In this document: in pieces, positions 42,288 to 52,477 of the stretch
Position numbering within the stretch: position 1 is the first letter of the stretch
Layout of the letters: every line of letters begins with the position of its first letter
Assembly (NCBI GenBank): GCA_937876055.1
Contig: CALEIW010000242.1
Coordinates: 1 to 53,394 of the forward strand
Origin: an uncultured euryarchaeote
GTDB lineage: Archaea; Thermoplasmatota; Poseidoniia; Poseidoniales; Thalassarchaeaceae
Direction: 5' to 3'
DNA length: 53,394 nucleotides
Translations under genes and position numbers: made by a program
Notes under the pieces: generated by a model
What the model saw: the letters and a program-made list of their open reading frames with translations, nothing else
The model's database searches: none
What the model was told of the DNA's origin: nothing

Positions 42288-42336
42288 GCACTCCGCTCCT
42301 TTGTTGAACTCAAGTCCTTTTCCTGTCTAGTGGTTC

Positions 42337-43320
42337 TCAAATGGTTGCTCTATCGACCTTCAACTCAAATCGCAACCAAGATTCTTGCAATTCATGACCA
42401 TCGCTGTTTCCGTAAGCAATTGGTGGAGGTAGTAATGTAACGTGTGTGGTCCCTGTATCAATACCAGGTATTAGACCTCTATCTCCATCGATATCTAGGC
42501 CGATTGCCGACCATCCAAATCCCTGAATGAAGTTCGAATCATCGCCAGCGGTGACAATTAAATCGCCTTCGTCAAGAAGCTGTTCTGTATCTGCATCCCA
42601 AACCTTGTAATGAACCTCTAAAGTATCTCCATCAGTAGCATGTAAATCTCTAGGATTAGAGCCTTCGAAGATATGGACATCGAGAAGTACTTCCGCTTCT
42701 CGAACATTAAGATGTGATGCTTGAATCTGTATATCGTGCTCTGTTACTGCATTATTCAACTGAATTTCGACAATTGCAGTTTCATTTACTCCTATTTCAT
42801 TCACAGTAAGTATTGTGTCACCTTCTGAGGCAAAGACAACCTCTCCACCGGTTATTTCGAGAACAATATCTAGAGTTTGGTTACCTCTATTGTATATCGC
42901 AACACTGGCTCTATCGCCGTCTCCTTGATGCTCCCAATCACAGCGTAATTCACCGGGATAAAGGAACACATCGTCTTGTTCAGATAGAAGATCCGGCCAA
43001 TCCCAATCGCCTAATCTAGAATCACAGGTGTCGAATAACAAGTCTACTTCCCAGTACCATCGATCGTTATCGTCCTTGAGTAAATCTTGATCGGTTACGG
43101 AGAACGCATCCTCATTCTCTTTGACGAATACGTAGACGCTGTAGCCAACAACTACTGTTGAACCGATTAGTAGGGCGGCGGTGGCCAATGATAGCAAAAT
43201 TGCGGCCCTCGGAATCGCCATTTCATTGATGCCTATAGGTACAGTTGGGTGCTCAACCTCATCGGGAGTGTCTGAGATCCAACTGCGGGACACGGTATTC
43301 GACCACACCCCGTCAGTCAT
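42337..43320 (-). CDS. Membrane-anchored protein with a C-terminal FKBP-like domain
   Basis: The TM segment is AAILLSLATAALLIGSTVVVGYSVYVFV. The C-terminus GDTLEVHYKVWD...FIQGFGWSAIGL...LLPPPIAYGNSDGH...LRFELKV follows the FKBP pattern loosely. The ATG is at 43320 (43344 is TTG). Confidence 0.5.
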   Translation of the reverse strand: MTDGVWSNTVSRSWISDTPDEVEHPTVPIGINEMAIPRAAILLSLATAALLIGSTVVVGYSVYVFVKENEDAFSVTDQDLLKDDNDRWYWEVDLLFDTCDSRLGDWDWPDLLSEQDDVFLYPGELRCDWEHQGDGDRASVAIYNRGNQTLDIVLEITGGEVVFASEGDTILTVNEIGVNETAIVEIQLNNAVTEHDIQIQASHLNVREAEVLLDVHIFEGSNPRDLHATDGDTLEVHYKVWDADTEQLLDEGDLIVTAGDDSNFIQGFGWSAIGLDIDGDRGLIPGIDTGTTHVTLLPPPIAYGNSDGHELQESWLRFELKVDRATI

Positions 43321-43455
43321 CAAGGTTAGTGCTACGCAACTCAACTAATCGGTGATTCCAAAATCAATTACTAAACGCCGATTGTCAGTTATTGGCAACA
43401 GATTTTTCCAATGTGGGGTGATTAACTTAATTCCGTTGCGATATACCGTCCCAAA

Positions 43456-46400
43456 TCAATCTTGTAACAATGCTTCTTGATTTCTTTGCCCTAACCAAGT
43501 CACTAGAGCCAGTTCGGCTCCGACTACAGTTAACAGAAGGAATAATCCAATTGCATCAATCGATGAAGCAGCGCCTAGCATTAGCAGAGATGCTGCAACT
43601 CCAAGGATGAGGTCCCCGAATCCCCAGATTCGTAAAATGCGGCGCAAATGGAATATTCCAACAACCCAAAGGGTCGTTGATATGGCAAATAATGCGATTG
43701 GATAAATTATCCAAATATTCACCATAGCAAGTCCTGCGAACATTAGTATGTGGCAATCAATGGCTGCCATCATTGTCCAATGGCCATTTCTCATTGGTAC
43801 GGATGCAGCCACAAATCCAAGCATGACAAATCCGCCAGCAAGAATAATCCAATCTAGATATTCGATAATTTGTGGAATGAATGTACCCATGGAAAAGAGT
43901 GCTAATGGGAGACAAATTATTGACAATCCTACAGCCTCTACTTGTCGGTGTTTACGTCCAGAATAAATGGCATTAGCTACTGCAAGAATTGCAGCAGGGC
44001 CCCAAGACATCATCACGTATGCGAAGGCGCGTAGACCTCTTCCCGAACTTCCCAAATGCGTTTCACGACCTACACTAGCCCTTCGGGAATCTATCATCGC
44101 ATCTATGGCGATTGTAAAGATTAGCAACGCCTCAAGTAGCAACCAAGGAATTTGCCACCCAATCAGGTCTCCATCGAATGGGTCAACGGTAAATGGGAAT
44201 GGTAGGGACTCGACAAGAAGCGCTCCAGCAATTCTACCAATAATTAGCGGTAAAACAAACCAATCGATTGCAATCGGTATCCTATCGAGTAGGTTATCCC
44301 TTTGGTATAGAGAAATAATCACAAATTGTAGAATTAGGATTGTCACTACTGCTAAGTCTAGTAGTTCCTTATTGCTCGCTCCAGGTCCCAAATGACCTGA
44401 GATTAATGCAACTATTAATCCAATAATTGAGTATGCGATCGGCATTTCAATTCCCATCACAGTTGGCAAATCAAGGTCGAGTTGTTTGGTTCGTAATCTA
44501 GCGATTGCAACCAAAACGGTTGCGAAAATTCCTGCGATAAGTAGAATGAAAGGAGAAGAGGAGAATAACAGGCCCCATACGATTACAGAACCGAGAACTA
44601 GGAATAGGACCAAGAGAACAATTGTTGGTCTGTGAGAAACATCTGTAGTGTACAATTCAGAATCATCTTCCGTTGTGTTAAGATCTCTCCTCTTCTTGCG
44701 CTTTTGTTCTAGTTCCAATCTTTTTGGATCATAGGTGTCTAATTGCCCAGTTCCTAGACTTAATTTTTTGGCGTTGTCTTGACCTGCGATTGCCAAAAGT
44801 TGTTCTCTTTGGGATAAAGTCTTCAGCTCAGCTCTAATTTCTCCTCGAGCAACAAGCCATAATGCGCTTAGTGCAAACAAACCGATGCCAGCCATGGTAG
44901 AGGTTTGATTTTCCAATTGTAAAGAAAGTCCGATTGTAATCACGAGCAACCAAAGGGCAGCTGCCGCTGGTTTGAGCAATTTTTCCATCTTCTCGGCTCG
45001 AGGAAGATAGAATGCCATCACCAAACCGGTGCAAGTAACGGAAGTTAATGATAAGTCGAAATTGGGAATGGAATCAGTAGAATCTAGAATACGGCTAGGT
45101 TCTTTGGTGGATATTGCAATAATTAGTGGAAGGGACATTAGAGCCATTCCATTGGTAAATACCGGCTCGTCCTCAGGGTCTCCTCGATAGAGAATTGAGG
45201 CGGTAGCAATAAGCAAGAGAATGATCCACATTTCCTCTAATCCATGCCTCCAACCAAGTACAGCAGCACTGACTGCAATTATCCCCAAGAGTGCAATTGG
45301 TCCACCGAGTCTTTTACCAGCAAATTCGGCACCTAAGTGGGATAATGAGACAACTGAAACCACAGCCAAGAGGGTAATTGCGGTAAAACCACCTGCATGA
45401 GCCATGACTACTATGGTGACCATAGGTAACCACAATCCAATCGCCCACAATTGTAATGCTCCCGAGTCTCGAATAGAGGCTGAAACTTCGGTGATTCCAA
45501 GAAATCCTGCCGCGAGATTTACTCCGGTCTCCCCTAACTGCAAATTCACAATAAGCATCAGAACTACTGAGATGATGAGATAGGCTGCGAATGGCGTTGT
45601 GGCTAGGTCAATGAGATTTCCAGGATCGGTCCAACCGTTTGCTATAATCACGGTTCGGAATGATTCGACCATAAATTCCTGCAATAAAACCCAAGTCCAA
45701 GGGAGTAGTACTGTAGCGCCAGCCAAAGAAGGTGCCTGCCGCATTATTGCAAGAATTGCAGTACCTATGTGGAGCGCGGTTAGAAGTCCTAGGAGAACCA
45801 ATCCTCCATCCCCTCCATTTGCTTCGGATTTTGCCGGAATTAGTACAACTAACAATACTAGAATGCCAACCGAACCAACCCATAACACGCGATCAGTGAC
45901 GTGATTTTGGTCCCGCAAAATGACAAATGCGGTCAGAATAGCGGCGAAAATTGTGAATGTCTCGTAACGGTCGAAAAATGATACTGCTTCGGTAGAATCT
46001 CCAAAGATTAGCAATAGAGAAAATAATGTTGCCCCAGACAATAGAGGTATGGTTACTCTAACTCTTTCAACGCCTCTTACAACGAGATATGAACCTCCAA
46101 ATGCTCCAGCAAGGAAGGTCACCATTCCCAATGCATATCCAGAATCTTCTCGGCTTGATGCTACAGCCATTAATGCTCCAATCATTCCCAAGGAAATCGA
46201 AACTCCCCAAAGTCCAGGTTGACCAAGTCCTGCCGCCTTGAATCCCTCCGAGAACCAGTTTTCTTCTCGAGCAAACCGCGCTGCCATAGCAGCGTTAATT
46301 CCGGATACGAGCATCAATAATAGGAAGAGAATTAGTGGCGTATCAAGAGGTTCGATAACCAAGGAACCAGCAGTAAATCCACCTGTAATTGCATGCATAC

Positions 46401-47250
46401 CTATCCACAGATTCGAAGCCGCCACTCCTAGCGCGGCGAGATTTCCAGAGCCTCTGTGAAGCGCTAGACCATGGAGTAACAAGGTAGCCAATAGAATCAT
46501 CACCGCGACTCCAACTTCCCCTCCAATCGAGCCAGCAGTAGAGCCAATAGCCAATAGAACGAGAGTCGCCTGTGCTGCGATTGCATCGTGATCATGTCGA
46601 TAAGCAATGAATACGTTTAGGGCAACGAGCAATAACAATAGAATCGCTAGAACCTCTACAGAAATGGGAAGGAAACCACCTAATTCCCACCGATTTAGTT
46701 CGATTGCGAGGCCGTAGAGGACCTTCATCGAAATTATGACCCAAGAAACGCCAAGTAAGTGCAGATTCTTGTCAGGTACCCATCGTTCTCCAAAAGTAAA
46801 TCCTACACCGGCTAGAATTAGCAATAATACCAATGAAATCATTGGCGGGAACGCTGTTCCCGCAACTACACTTAGGGCACTAAAGACGAATATCATCGAC
46901 ACCATAAGTGACCAATTTACTCGTCGTTCCCCATCCTTTGCCATCGAGGTCACAATGTCATCTTCGGGAGCACTGGCCACTGTTCCGTCAGAAGCTATCG
47001 CTCCTGCTTCGTCGCCTGTTGTTTCTTTGAAGGGGTCGAAGACATCGCCTAGAGCCTCATCCACTTCTTTGGTCTCATTTGCTTCGGAATCGGGAAGATT
47101 TGAGTCGGTAACTTCCTCGGATTTTTCACCTATTCCTAGGTCTCCAATGTCTAGGTTTGCACCTATTTTGAATCGACGTTCGCGAATCACGCGGTCGTCC
47201 TTCTCATCGTTCACGCGCTCGCGAGGAACGGCATTCGGCGATAATCGCAT
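43456..47250 (-). CDS. Very large (1264 aa) polytopic integral membrane protein, family unknown
   Basis: The single uninterrupted ORF has an ATG start. An acidic ~110-aa N-terminus is followed by more than 30 hydrophobic segments in two blocks. The blocks are split by a charged linker (LELEQKRKKRRDLNTTEDD). Confidence 0.7.
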   Translation of the reverse strand: MRLSPNAVPRERVNDEKDDRVIRERRFKIGANLDIGDLGIGEKSEEVTDSNLPDSEANETKEVDEALGDVFDPFKETTGDEAGAIASDGTVASAPEDDIVTSMAKDGERRVNWSLMVSMIFVFSALSVVAGTAFPPMISLVLLLILAGVGFTFGERWVPDKNLHLLGVSWVIISMKVLYGLAIELNRWELGGFLPISVEVLAILLLLLVALNVFIAYRHDHDAIAAQATLVLLAIGSTAGSIGGEVGVAVMILLATLLLHGLALHRGSGNLAALGVAASNLWIGMHAITGGFTAGSLVIEPLDTPLILFLLLMLVSGINAAMAARFAREENWFSEGFKAAGLGQPGLWGVSISLGMIGALMAVASSREDSGYALGMVTFLAGAFGGSYLVVRGVERVRVTIPLLSGATLFSLLLIFGDSTEAVSFFDRYETFTIFAAILTAFVILRDQNHVTDRVLWVGSVGILVLLVVLIPAKSEANGGDGGLVLLGLLTALHIGTAILAIMRQAPSLAGATVLLPWTWVLLQEFMVESFRTVIIANGWTDPGNLIDLATTPFAAYLIISVVLMLIVNLQLGETGVNLAAGFLGITEVSASIRDSGALQLWAIGLWLPMVTIVVMAHAGGFTAITLLAVVSVVSLSHLGAEFAGKRLGGPIALLGIIAVSAAVLGWRHGLEEMWIILLLIATASILYRGDPEDEPVFTNGMALMSLPLIIAISTKEPSRILDSTDSIPNFDLSLTSVTCTGLVMAFYLPRAEKMEKLLKPAAAALWLLVITIGLSLQLENQTSTMAGIGLFALSALWLVARGEIRAELKTLSQREQLLAIAGQDNAKKLSLGTGQLDTYDPKRLELEQKRKKRRDLNTTEDDSELYTTDVSHRPTIVLLVLFLVLGSVIVWGLLFSSSPFILLIAGIFATVLVAIARLRTKQLDLDLPTVMGIEMPIAYSIIGLIVALISGHLGPGASNKELLDLAVVTILILQFVIISLYQRDNLLDRIPIAIDWFVLPLIIGRIAGALLVESLPFPFTVDPFDGDLIGWQIPWLLLEALLIFTIAIDAMIDSRRASVGRETHLGSSGRGLRAFAYVMMSWGPAAILAVANAIYSGRKHRQVEAVGLSIICLPLALFSMGTFIPQIIEYLDWIILAGGFVMLGFVAASVPMRNGHWTMMAAIDCHILMFAGLAMVNIWIIYPIALFAISTTLWVVGIFHLRRILRIWGFGDLILGVAASLLMLGAASSIDAIGLFLLLTVVGAELALVTWLGQRNQEALLQD

Positions 47251-47344
47251 CCCCGTCAGAGGTAGTTGAATTTCAATATCTTAGAGAAATCATCTCAACG
47301 GGTTATCCGTAATGGTTGAAAGGTAAACATCTGAGGCGTGATAC

Positions 47345-48961
47345 ATGGAGAGCACCTCGCGCTCGTCCAACACCGCTGTCTCAGCGACCCCTTTGTCGGA
47401 GCACGGATTGAATCCTAGCGGCTCGGTACATTGGAATCTGTCCTCGGATGAATTGCACAAAACTGCAGTAAAGGGTGGTGAAGCAGAGATGACAGCACAC
47501 GGTGTCTTACTCGCAACCACCGGAGAACGCACTGGACGTTCACCAAATGACCGATTCATCGTAGACGAACCAGGATATGCAGACCATGTTTGGTGGGGTA
47601 AAGTGAATCGTCCAACAAGTCGCTGGGTGTTTGAGAATCTTCTCAAGAAGGTGCAATCTCACCTTGACTCAGCAGACCAATTATTCGTCAAAGACGCACA
47701 TTGTGGCGCGGATACAAATTATGCAATGCCTGTCCGACTAGTTACCGAGAAGGCTTGGCACGCTGCCTTCTTCCACAATATGTTCGTCCGCAGTGACCCT
47801 TCTGAATTGAATGACCACGTTCCCAGATATACAATTTTACACGCCCCAGAACTAATGGCTGACCCAGAAGACGATGGTGTAAATTCAGGGGTCTTCGTGA
47901 TATTGGCCTTAGACCGAGGTTTGGTGATAATCGGTGGAACTCATTATGCGGGAGAAATCAAGAAAGCAATCTTCACCATAATGAATCACATTCTACCTGA
48001 AAGAGGAATCATGCCAATGCATTGCTCGGCGAACACAGATGGTGAAGAGTCGGCGTTATTCTTTGGATTATCTGGAACAGGAAAGACGACTCTTTCCGCA
48101 GACCCTCACAGAGCATTAGTTGGTGATGACGAACATGGTTGGTCAGATGATGGCGTATTCAATTTCGAAGGTGGGTGCTATGCCAAATTAATCGGCCTAT
48201 CCAAGGAAGATGAACCAGAGATCTATGCAACAACTAGAATGCAGGGAACTATTTTGGAGAATGTAATCCTTGATTCAAATGGAGTTCCAGATTTTGATGA
48301 TGGAACCCTTACTCAGAATACTCGAGCATCATATCCTATCGAGGCCATAGAAAATAGAACTGCAGATTCCACAGCAGGTCATCCAAAGAATGTAGTTTTC
48401 CTGACCTGTGACGCCTTTGGAGTTCTACCTCCACTTTCTCGATTAACTCCAGACCAAGCCGCTTACCACTTTATGTCAGGATATACGGCAAAGGTTGCTG
48501 GAACAGAAATTGGAGTCACTGAGCCTCAAGCAACATTCTCAACTTGTTTTGGCGCACCATTTATGCCCCGCCATCCTAGCATTTATGCTGACTTGCTTTC
48601 GAAGAAAATTAGCCAACAAAATGCCAACTGCTGGTTGATTAACACTGGTTGGGTAGCTGGTGGATATGGCGAATCTAATCGAATCAAAATTCGCTGGACT
48701 CGAGCTCTGTTGAATGCAGCACTACGCGGCGATTTGGAAGATGTAGTATTCGTCCAAGATGAGCGCTTCGGCTTCTCAGTACCTCTAGAATGTGAAGGTG
48801 TACCGAGGGAAATACTCCAACCTAGAGAGACATGGTCTGACAAGCAAAGATACGACAATGTAGCGAATCTTCTGGCACAGATGTTTAGAGAAAATTTCCA
48901 GCAGTATGAAGAAGGATGTAGCGAGGAAGTTTTAGCCTCATCTCCAAAGGTCCTACTTTGA
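47345..48961 (+). CDS. pckA: Phosphoenolpyruvate carboxykinase (ATP)
   Basis: Motifs GERTGRSPNDRF, FFGLSGTGKTTLS, GDDEHGW and NTGW are present. The length is 538 aa. Confidence 0.95.
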   Translation: MESTSRSSNTAVSATPLSEHGLNPSGSVHWNLSSDELHKTAVKGGEAEMTAHGVLLATTGERTGRSPNDRFIVDEPGYADHVWWGKVNRPTSRWVFENLLKKVQSHLDSADQLFVKDAHCGADTNYAMPVRLVTEKAWHAAFFHNMFVRSDPSELNDHVPRYTILHAPELMADPEDDGVNSGVFVILALDRGLVIIGGTHYAGEIKKAIFTIMNHILPERGIMPMHCSANTDGEESALFFGLSGTGKTTLSADPHRALVGDDEHGWSDDGVFNFEGGCYAKLIGLSKEDEPEIYATTRMQGTILENVILDSNGVPDFDDGTLTQNTRASYPIEAIENRTADSTAGHPKNVVFLTCDAFGVLPPLSRLTPDQAAYHFMSGYTAKVAGTEIGVTEPQATFSTCFGAPFMPRHPSIYADLLSKKISQQNANCWLINTGWVAGGYGESNRIKIRWTRALLNAALRGDLEDVVFVQDERFGFSVPLECEGVPREILQPRETWSDKQRYDNVANLLAQMFRENFQQYEEGCSEEVLASSPKVLL

Positions 48962-48966
48962 TTTTT
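48962..48966 (+). terminator. T5 run immediately after the pckA stop codon (archaeal oligo-T terminator candidate)
   Basis: The sequence reads tgaTTTTTa. It is followed by the 12-bp palindrome ATTCAATTGAAT (48967-48978). Confidence 0.3.
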
Positions 48967-49027
48967 ATTCAATTGAATGTGAATCGGCTTTAGAGAAAAT
49001 AAAATACGAGAGAATTTATTTCACAAC

Positions 49028-51634
49028 ATGCGTAAGACTGCCGTCATACTTTCAGTGAGCGTTCTATTGCTGATGTCACTTTCTTCAGCGATTCAAGAAG
49101 CTGGTCAATTAAACCCAGAACAAGTAGAAGTAAGGGCATCAAATGATGTTCCGGATCCTTTGCATCTTGTTGATGATTCAATGTTTGCTGAGACTGTGAA
49201 TGGTATGGATTATGATGACTCTGGAAATCTGTATTACGGTGGGTCATTATGTGGTCGTTCAAGCACTGACATAAGTACCACTTTTGAATGTGAATTAAAT
49301 TCTGAATCTGGTACCGAATCAACACTGAGTTTTACCCCTTCGTATGTTGCCGTAATGGACAATGAAGGAAACAGAATTGCTGCCCATCTCTTCCACAGCG
49401 GTTATGGAGATAGAATCGATGAGATAATTGTCCTAGAGAATGGTGATATCTTAGTCGCTGGTGGTTTTTGTTGGCTTTCAAATGAATGTTATTTCCAAGG
49501 GGATGGTATGCTTCTCGAAGCACCAGGGAGAAATTTGGACGCATTTGTTTTCAGAATGAATCCCTCAGGAGAGGTAATCTGGTCTCGTGCTTTTTGGTCT
49601 GCTGGAAATGATTTAATCCACAGTTTGGACGAGGGCCCGAACGGTGAAATTTACCTTCAGGGAACATTTTGCGCGGATGCTACTGGCTCGGGATGTAGAT
49701 TGAATTCAGTTGAAGGGGTCGAAGGCCCTTTGACCAAAGGCGGTTCTGATATTTTTATTGGCAAATTAACCTCTGATGGTTCTTTGGATTGGGTCAAAAC
49801 TCTAGGAAGCTCCACGGAGGATCATACTCTTGGAGGCGGTTATTGGTCTCTACAACAGATGGGCATCGTAGCATCATCAGACGGCGGAGTATTGGTTACT
49901 GGTTCAGTTTGTCACGACGGTTCATTCTTCGACACATGCTCATTCAGACTGTCTCCTAATGACGTAATCACTAGTCAAGATGGTTTTGTCGCAAAATATT
50001 CTGCTAACGGGAGTTATGAATGGTACGAGAAAATTGGAGGCGCTGGTGTTGATTACGTACAAGTTACAGTACCTATTGATGATAACAGAATACTAGTAGG
50101 TGGAAACCATTATTCTAGCAATTTTTCAGTCACAGGATATTGGGTGAATAACTCTGGTAGTTCTGATGCTTGGTGGGCTATCTTCAATCACCAAAACCAG
50201 GAATGGGAGGGCCTTTGGGATTCTGATGAAACTGGAGATTCTTACATACATTCAGCTTCGGTTGGCCTAGATGGCGAAATTATAGTTGCAGGTTCAGGTT
50301 GTTGGCAGATCACACCTTGCACAATTGAAGTTGCAGGCAAATCACACAATGGTCGTTCTTATGGAATAGGTTGGGCATTGAAGGTCGATGAAGAAGGAAA
50401 CAGTGAATGGATTCGAGGAGTATACTCTACAACTAGATCGGCTTCTCCTGTTTCTCAAGTATTGCAAAACAACTTCGGTGACATTGCAATGTCGATACCA
50501 AATTGTTACAGTGAAGATAATGAGAATGATTGCAGTATTACAATGGCGGGACATACTTTCAACTCCGTTGAGAATGCCACTTTAATCCGAGTAATGATTC
50601 TAGATTTTGATAGAGATGGAGTAGTTGATGAACTCGACAATTGTCCTGCAGGAGATCAAGGATGGACAAGCGATGCCTCAAACGACAATGACGCAGATGG
50701 CTGCAATGATATTACGGAAGACCTAGATGACGACAATGACGGTTGGCTAGATTCGGAAGAAATTGCTTGCTCTCACTCACCAATAGATCCAACCTCAATG
50801 CCAACCGATACGGATGGCGATGAAATCTGCAATAATCTCGACAACGATGATGATGATGATGGCTATCTTGACGTTGAAGACGCGTTTCCCTACAATTCCG
50901 AAGAATGGGTAGACAATGATATGGACGGAATCGGAGATAATCAGGACGATGACGATGACAATGATGATTGGAAAGATCATCAAGACGACTTCCCTAACGA
51001 AGCATGCGCGCACATTGATTCGGACGGAGATGGCCGTCCCGATTCTTTCGTGATTTCAAATTGTCCCACTTCTTTGGAGGAAGATGCTGATGACGACGGA
51101 GATGGAGTAGATGATACATCGGATGCTTGGCCTTTGGACCCAGCGATGGGACTGGATACCGATGGAGATGGTCTCCCTGACAAACACAAATCAGGATTAA
51201 CCGGTTCAATAGCCGAGGACACGGATGACGATAATGATGGATATCTGGATACAGAAGACGATTTCCCGCTCGACGCTAATCGCTGGTTAGACACCGATGG
51301 TGATGGAATTGACGATTCAATAGATATCGACAGAGATGGCGATGATTGGAGCGATATAGACGAAGAGAATTGTGGTACGGATTCAATGGACAATGGAGAT
51401 TGGCCAACAGATTCAGACAATGATGGAATCTGCGATGCAATGGATAAGCAAGGAATAACTGAAATTTTCTCAGGCGGAATTGGAATTGCATTCGCTCTTG
51501 CATTCTTGTTAATTCTAGGAGCTATTGCCTATTCTAGGCAAGAATCTTCACTAGGTGAATCAAATGCTCAGATTCCACCTCCTCCATCACTTGATGAGGT
51601 AATGGAAGTAGAAGTAGAGGAAGATTCGGATTAG
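49028..51634 (+). CDS. Secreted surface protein: signal peptide, beta-propeller-like repeats, TSP3-like Ca-binding repeats, C-terminal TM anchor
   Basis: The signal peptide is MRKTAVILSVSVLLLMSLSSA. The N-terminal half carries repeated G-x-x-x-D...W/Y blocks. The C-terminal half is dense in DxDxDGxxDxxD repeats. The anchor is GIGIAFALAFLLILGAIAY. Confidence 0.8.
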   Translation: MRKTAVILSVSVLLLMSLSSAIQEAGQLNPEQVEVRASNDVPDPLHLVDDSMFAETVNGMDYDDSGNLYYGGSLCGRSSTDISTTFECELNSESGTESTLSFTPSYVAVMDNEGNRIAAHLFHSGYGDRIDEIIVLENGDILVAGGFCWLSNECYFQGDGMLLEAPGRNLDAFVFRMNPSGEVIWSRAFWSAGNDLIHSLDEGPNGEIYLQGTFCADATGSGCRLNSVEGVEGPLTKGGSDIFIGKLTSDGSLDWVKTLGSSTEDHTLGGGYWSLQQMGIVASSDGGVLVTGSVCHDGSFFDTCSFRLSPNDVITSQDGFVAKYSANGSYEWYEKIGGAGVDYVQVTVPIDDNRILVGGNHYSSNFSVTGYWVNNSGSSDAWWAIFNHQNQEWEGLWDSDETGDSYIHSASVGLDGEIIVAGSGCWQITPCTIEVAGKSHNGRSYGIGWALKVDEEGNSEWIRGVYSTTRSASPVSQVLQNNFGDIAMSIPNCYSEDNENDCSITMAGHTFNSVENATLIRVMILDFDRDGVVDELDNCPAGDQGWTSDASNDNDADGCNDITEDLDDDNDGWLDSEEIACSHSPIDPTSMPTDTDGDEICNNLDNDDDDDGYLDVEDAFPYNSEEWVDNDMDGIGDNQDDDDDNDDWKDHQDDFPNEACAHIDSDGDGRPDSFVISNCPTSLEEDADDDGDGVDDTSDAWPLDPAMGLDTDGDGLPDKHKSGLTGSIAEDTDDDNDGYLDTEDDFPLDANRWLDTDGDGIDDSIDIDRDGDDWSDIDEENCGTDSMDNGDWPTDSDNDGICDAMDKQGITEIFSGGIGIAFALAFLLILGAIAYSRQESSLGESNAQIPPPPSLDEVMEVEVEEDSD
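50603..51445 (+). repeat. Coding tandem array of thrombospondin type-3-like aspartate-rich repeats
   Basis: More than 12 iterations of D-x-D-x-D-G-x-x-D-x-x-D were read in translation (e.g. DFDRDGVVDELDNC, DNDADGCNDITED, DTDGDGLPD, DTDGDGIDDSID). Confidence 0.75.
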
Positions 51635-51680
51635 AACGCCAAACCATTTCGGTTAAATCTGAAATTGATTTGATTCAATC

Positions 51681-52451
51681 GTGCGCATCAACCCAGTTGT
51701 GATATTGGCGGTATTCTTACTGTCCTCTGCGACTGTTGGATGCCTCTCCAGTTCTGAAGAAAATAGCGGTATTGAATTAATGGTAAATTATCAATCTACA
51801 AATGGTACGATTGTTGAAACATACGTTGATGGAGATTTACAATCTAAATCCAACGTAATCCTAGATTTTGATTTTTCAACAACAATCTCAGAGTATGAGT
51901 TAGTTAGTTATGGAATTGATCCTAATGATGGTCGAAGCCCGATTTTAGTACCCGCAGACACATCGCAAACGGTCTCGGTCGAATTCTCTGAGCACGGGAT
52001 TTTCCATCTAGATGCATTTGCGGTCGACGAGATGGAATCAATAGAGAACCTGACAATTATAGTAAGAATCGAACTCAATATCGAATGGAATGAAGATACA
52101 ACCAATGAGCCAACTTCACTTGAAATTGATTCAATTCCCAAGAATGGGGGGCCATATCCTTCGATGATAATCATCGACTCAGATGTAGAAAATCCACAAC
52201 TAATCGATAATGTGGGAGGCGGCAGAGAGGTAGAAATCACTTGGCGTCTTTTCGATGAAGCAGAGGATGCCTGCTTGATTCGCCCAACAACTGTTGACGA
52301 GGGGGAAATCGCAAATTGGAAGGTGCATCACAGAATAACAAACGAAATTCACGACCTAAGAATTAGTTATGATAGTGGCCAAGATTACATCGACATAGAT
52401 CATTCGATATCAATTCTATATGAGGAAGTCGAATCTCCACCAAATCCTTGA
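51681..52451 (+). CDS. Putative secreted lipoprotein, unknown function
   Basis: The signal peptide carries a lipobox-like ATVGC. The rest is an acidic, beta-rich sequence. The start is GTG. Confidence 0.55.
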   Translation: MRINPVVILAVFLLSSATVGCLSSSEENSGIELMVNYQSTNGTIVETYVDGDLQSKSNVILDFDFSTTISEYELVSYGIDPNDGRSPILVPADTSQTVSVEFSEHGIFHLDAFAVDEMESIENLTIIVRIELNIEWNEDTTNEPTSLEIDSIPKNGGPYPSMIIIDSDVENPQLIDNVGGGREVEITWRLFDEAEDACLIRPTTVDEGEIANWKVHHRITNEIHDLRISYDSGQDYIDIDHSISILYEEVESPPNP

Positions 52452-52477
52452 GGAAAAGACCGGTGTGGCCAAACACA

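Noticed and set aside
48967-48978. Perfect 12-bp palindrome ATTCAATTGAAT after pckA, considered as a protein-binding site.
   Set aside because: A short AT-rich palindrome in an AT-rich spacer is expected by chance. I kept it only as part of the terminator note.
50795-51503. Antisense ORFs across the TSP3 repeat array (50980..51420 -, S-rich; 50795..51013 -, I/V-rich).
   Set aside because: They are the reverse complement of GAT/GAC-rich aspartate codons and give serine/isoleucine-rich nonsense. The sense ORF has a coherent signal peptide, repeats and anchor.
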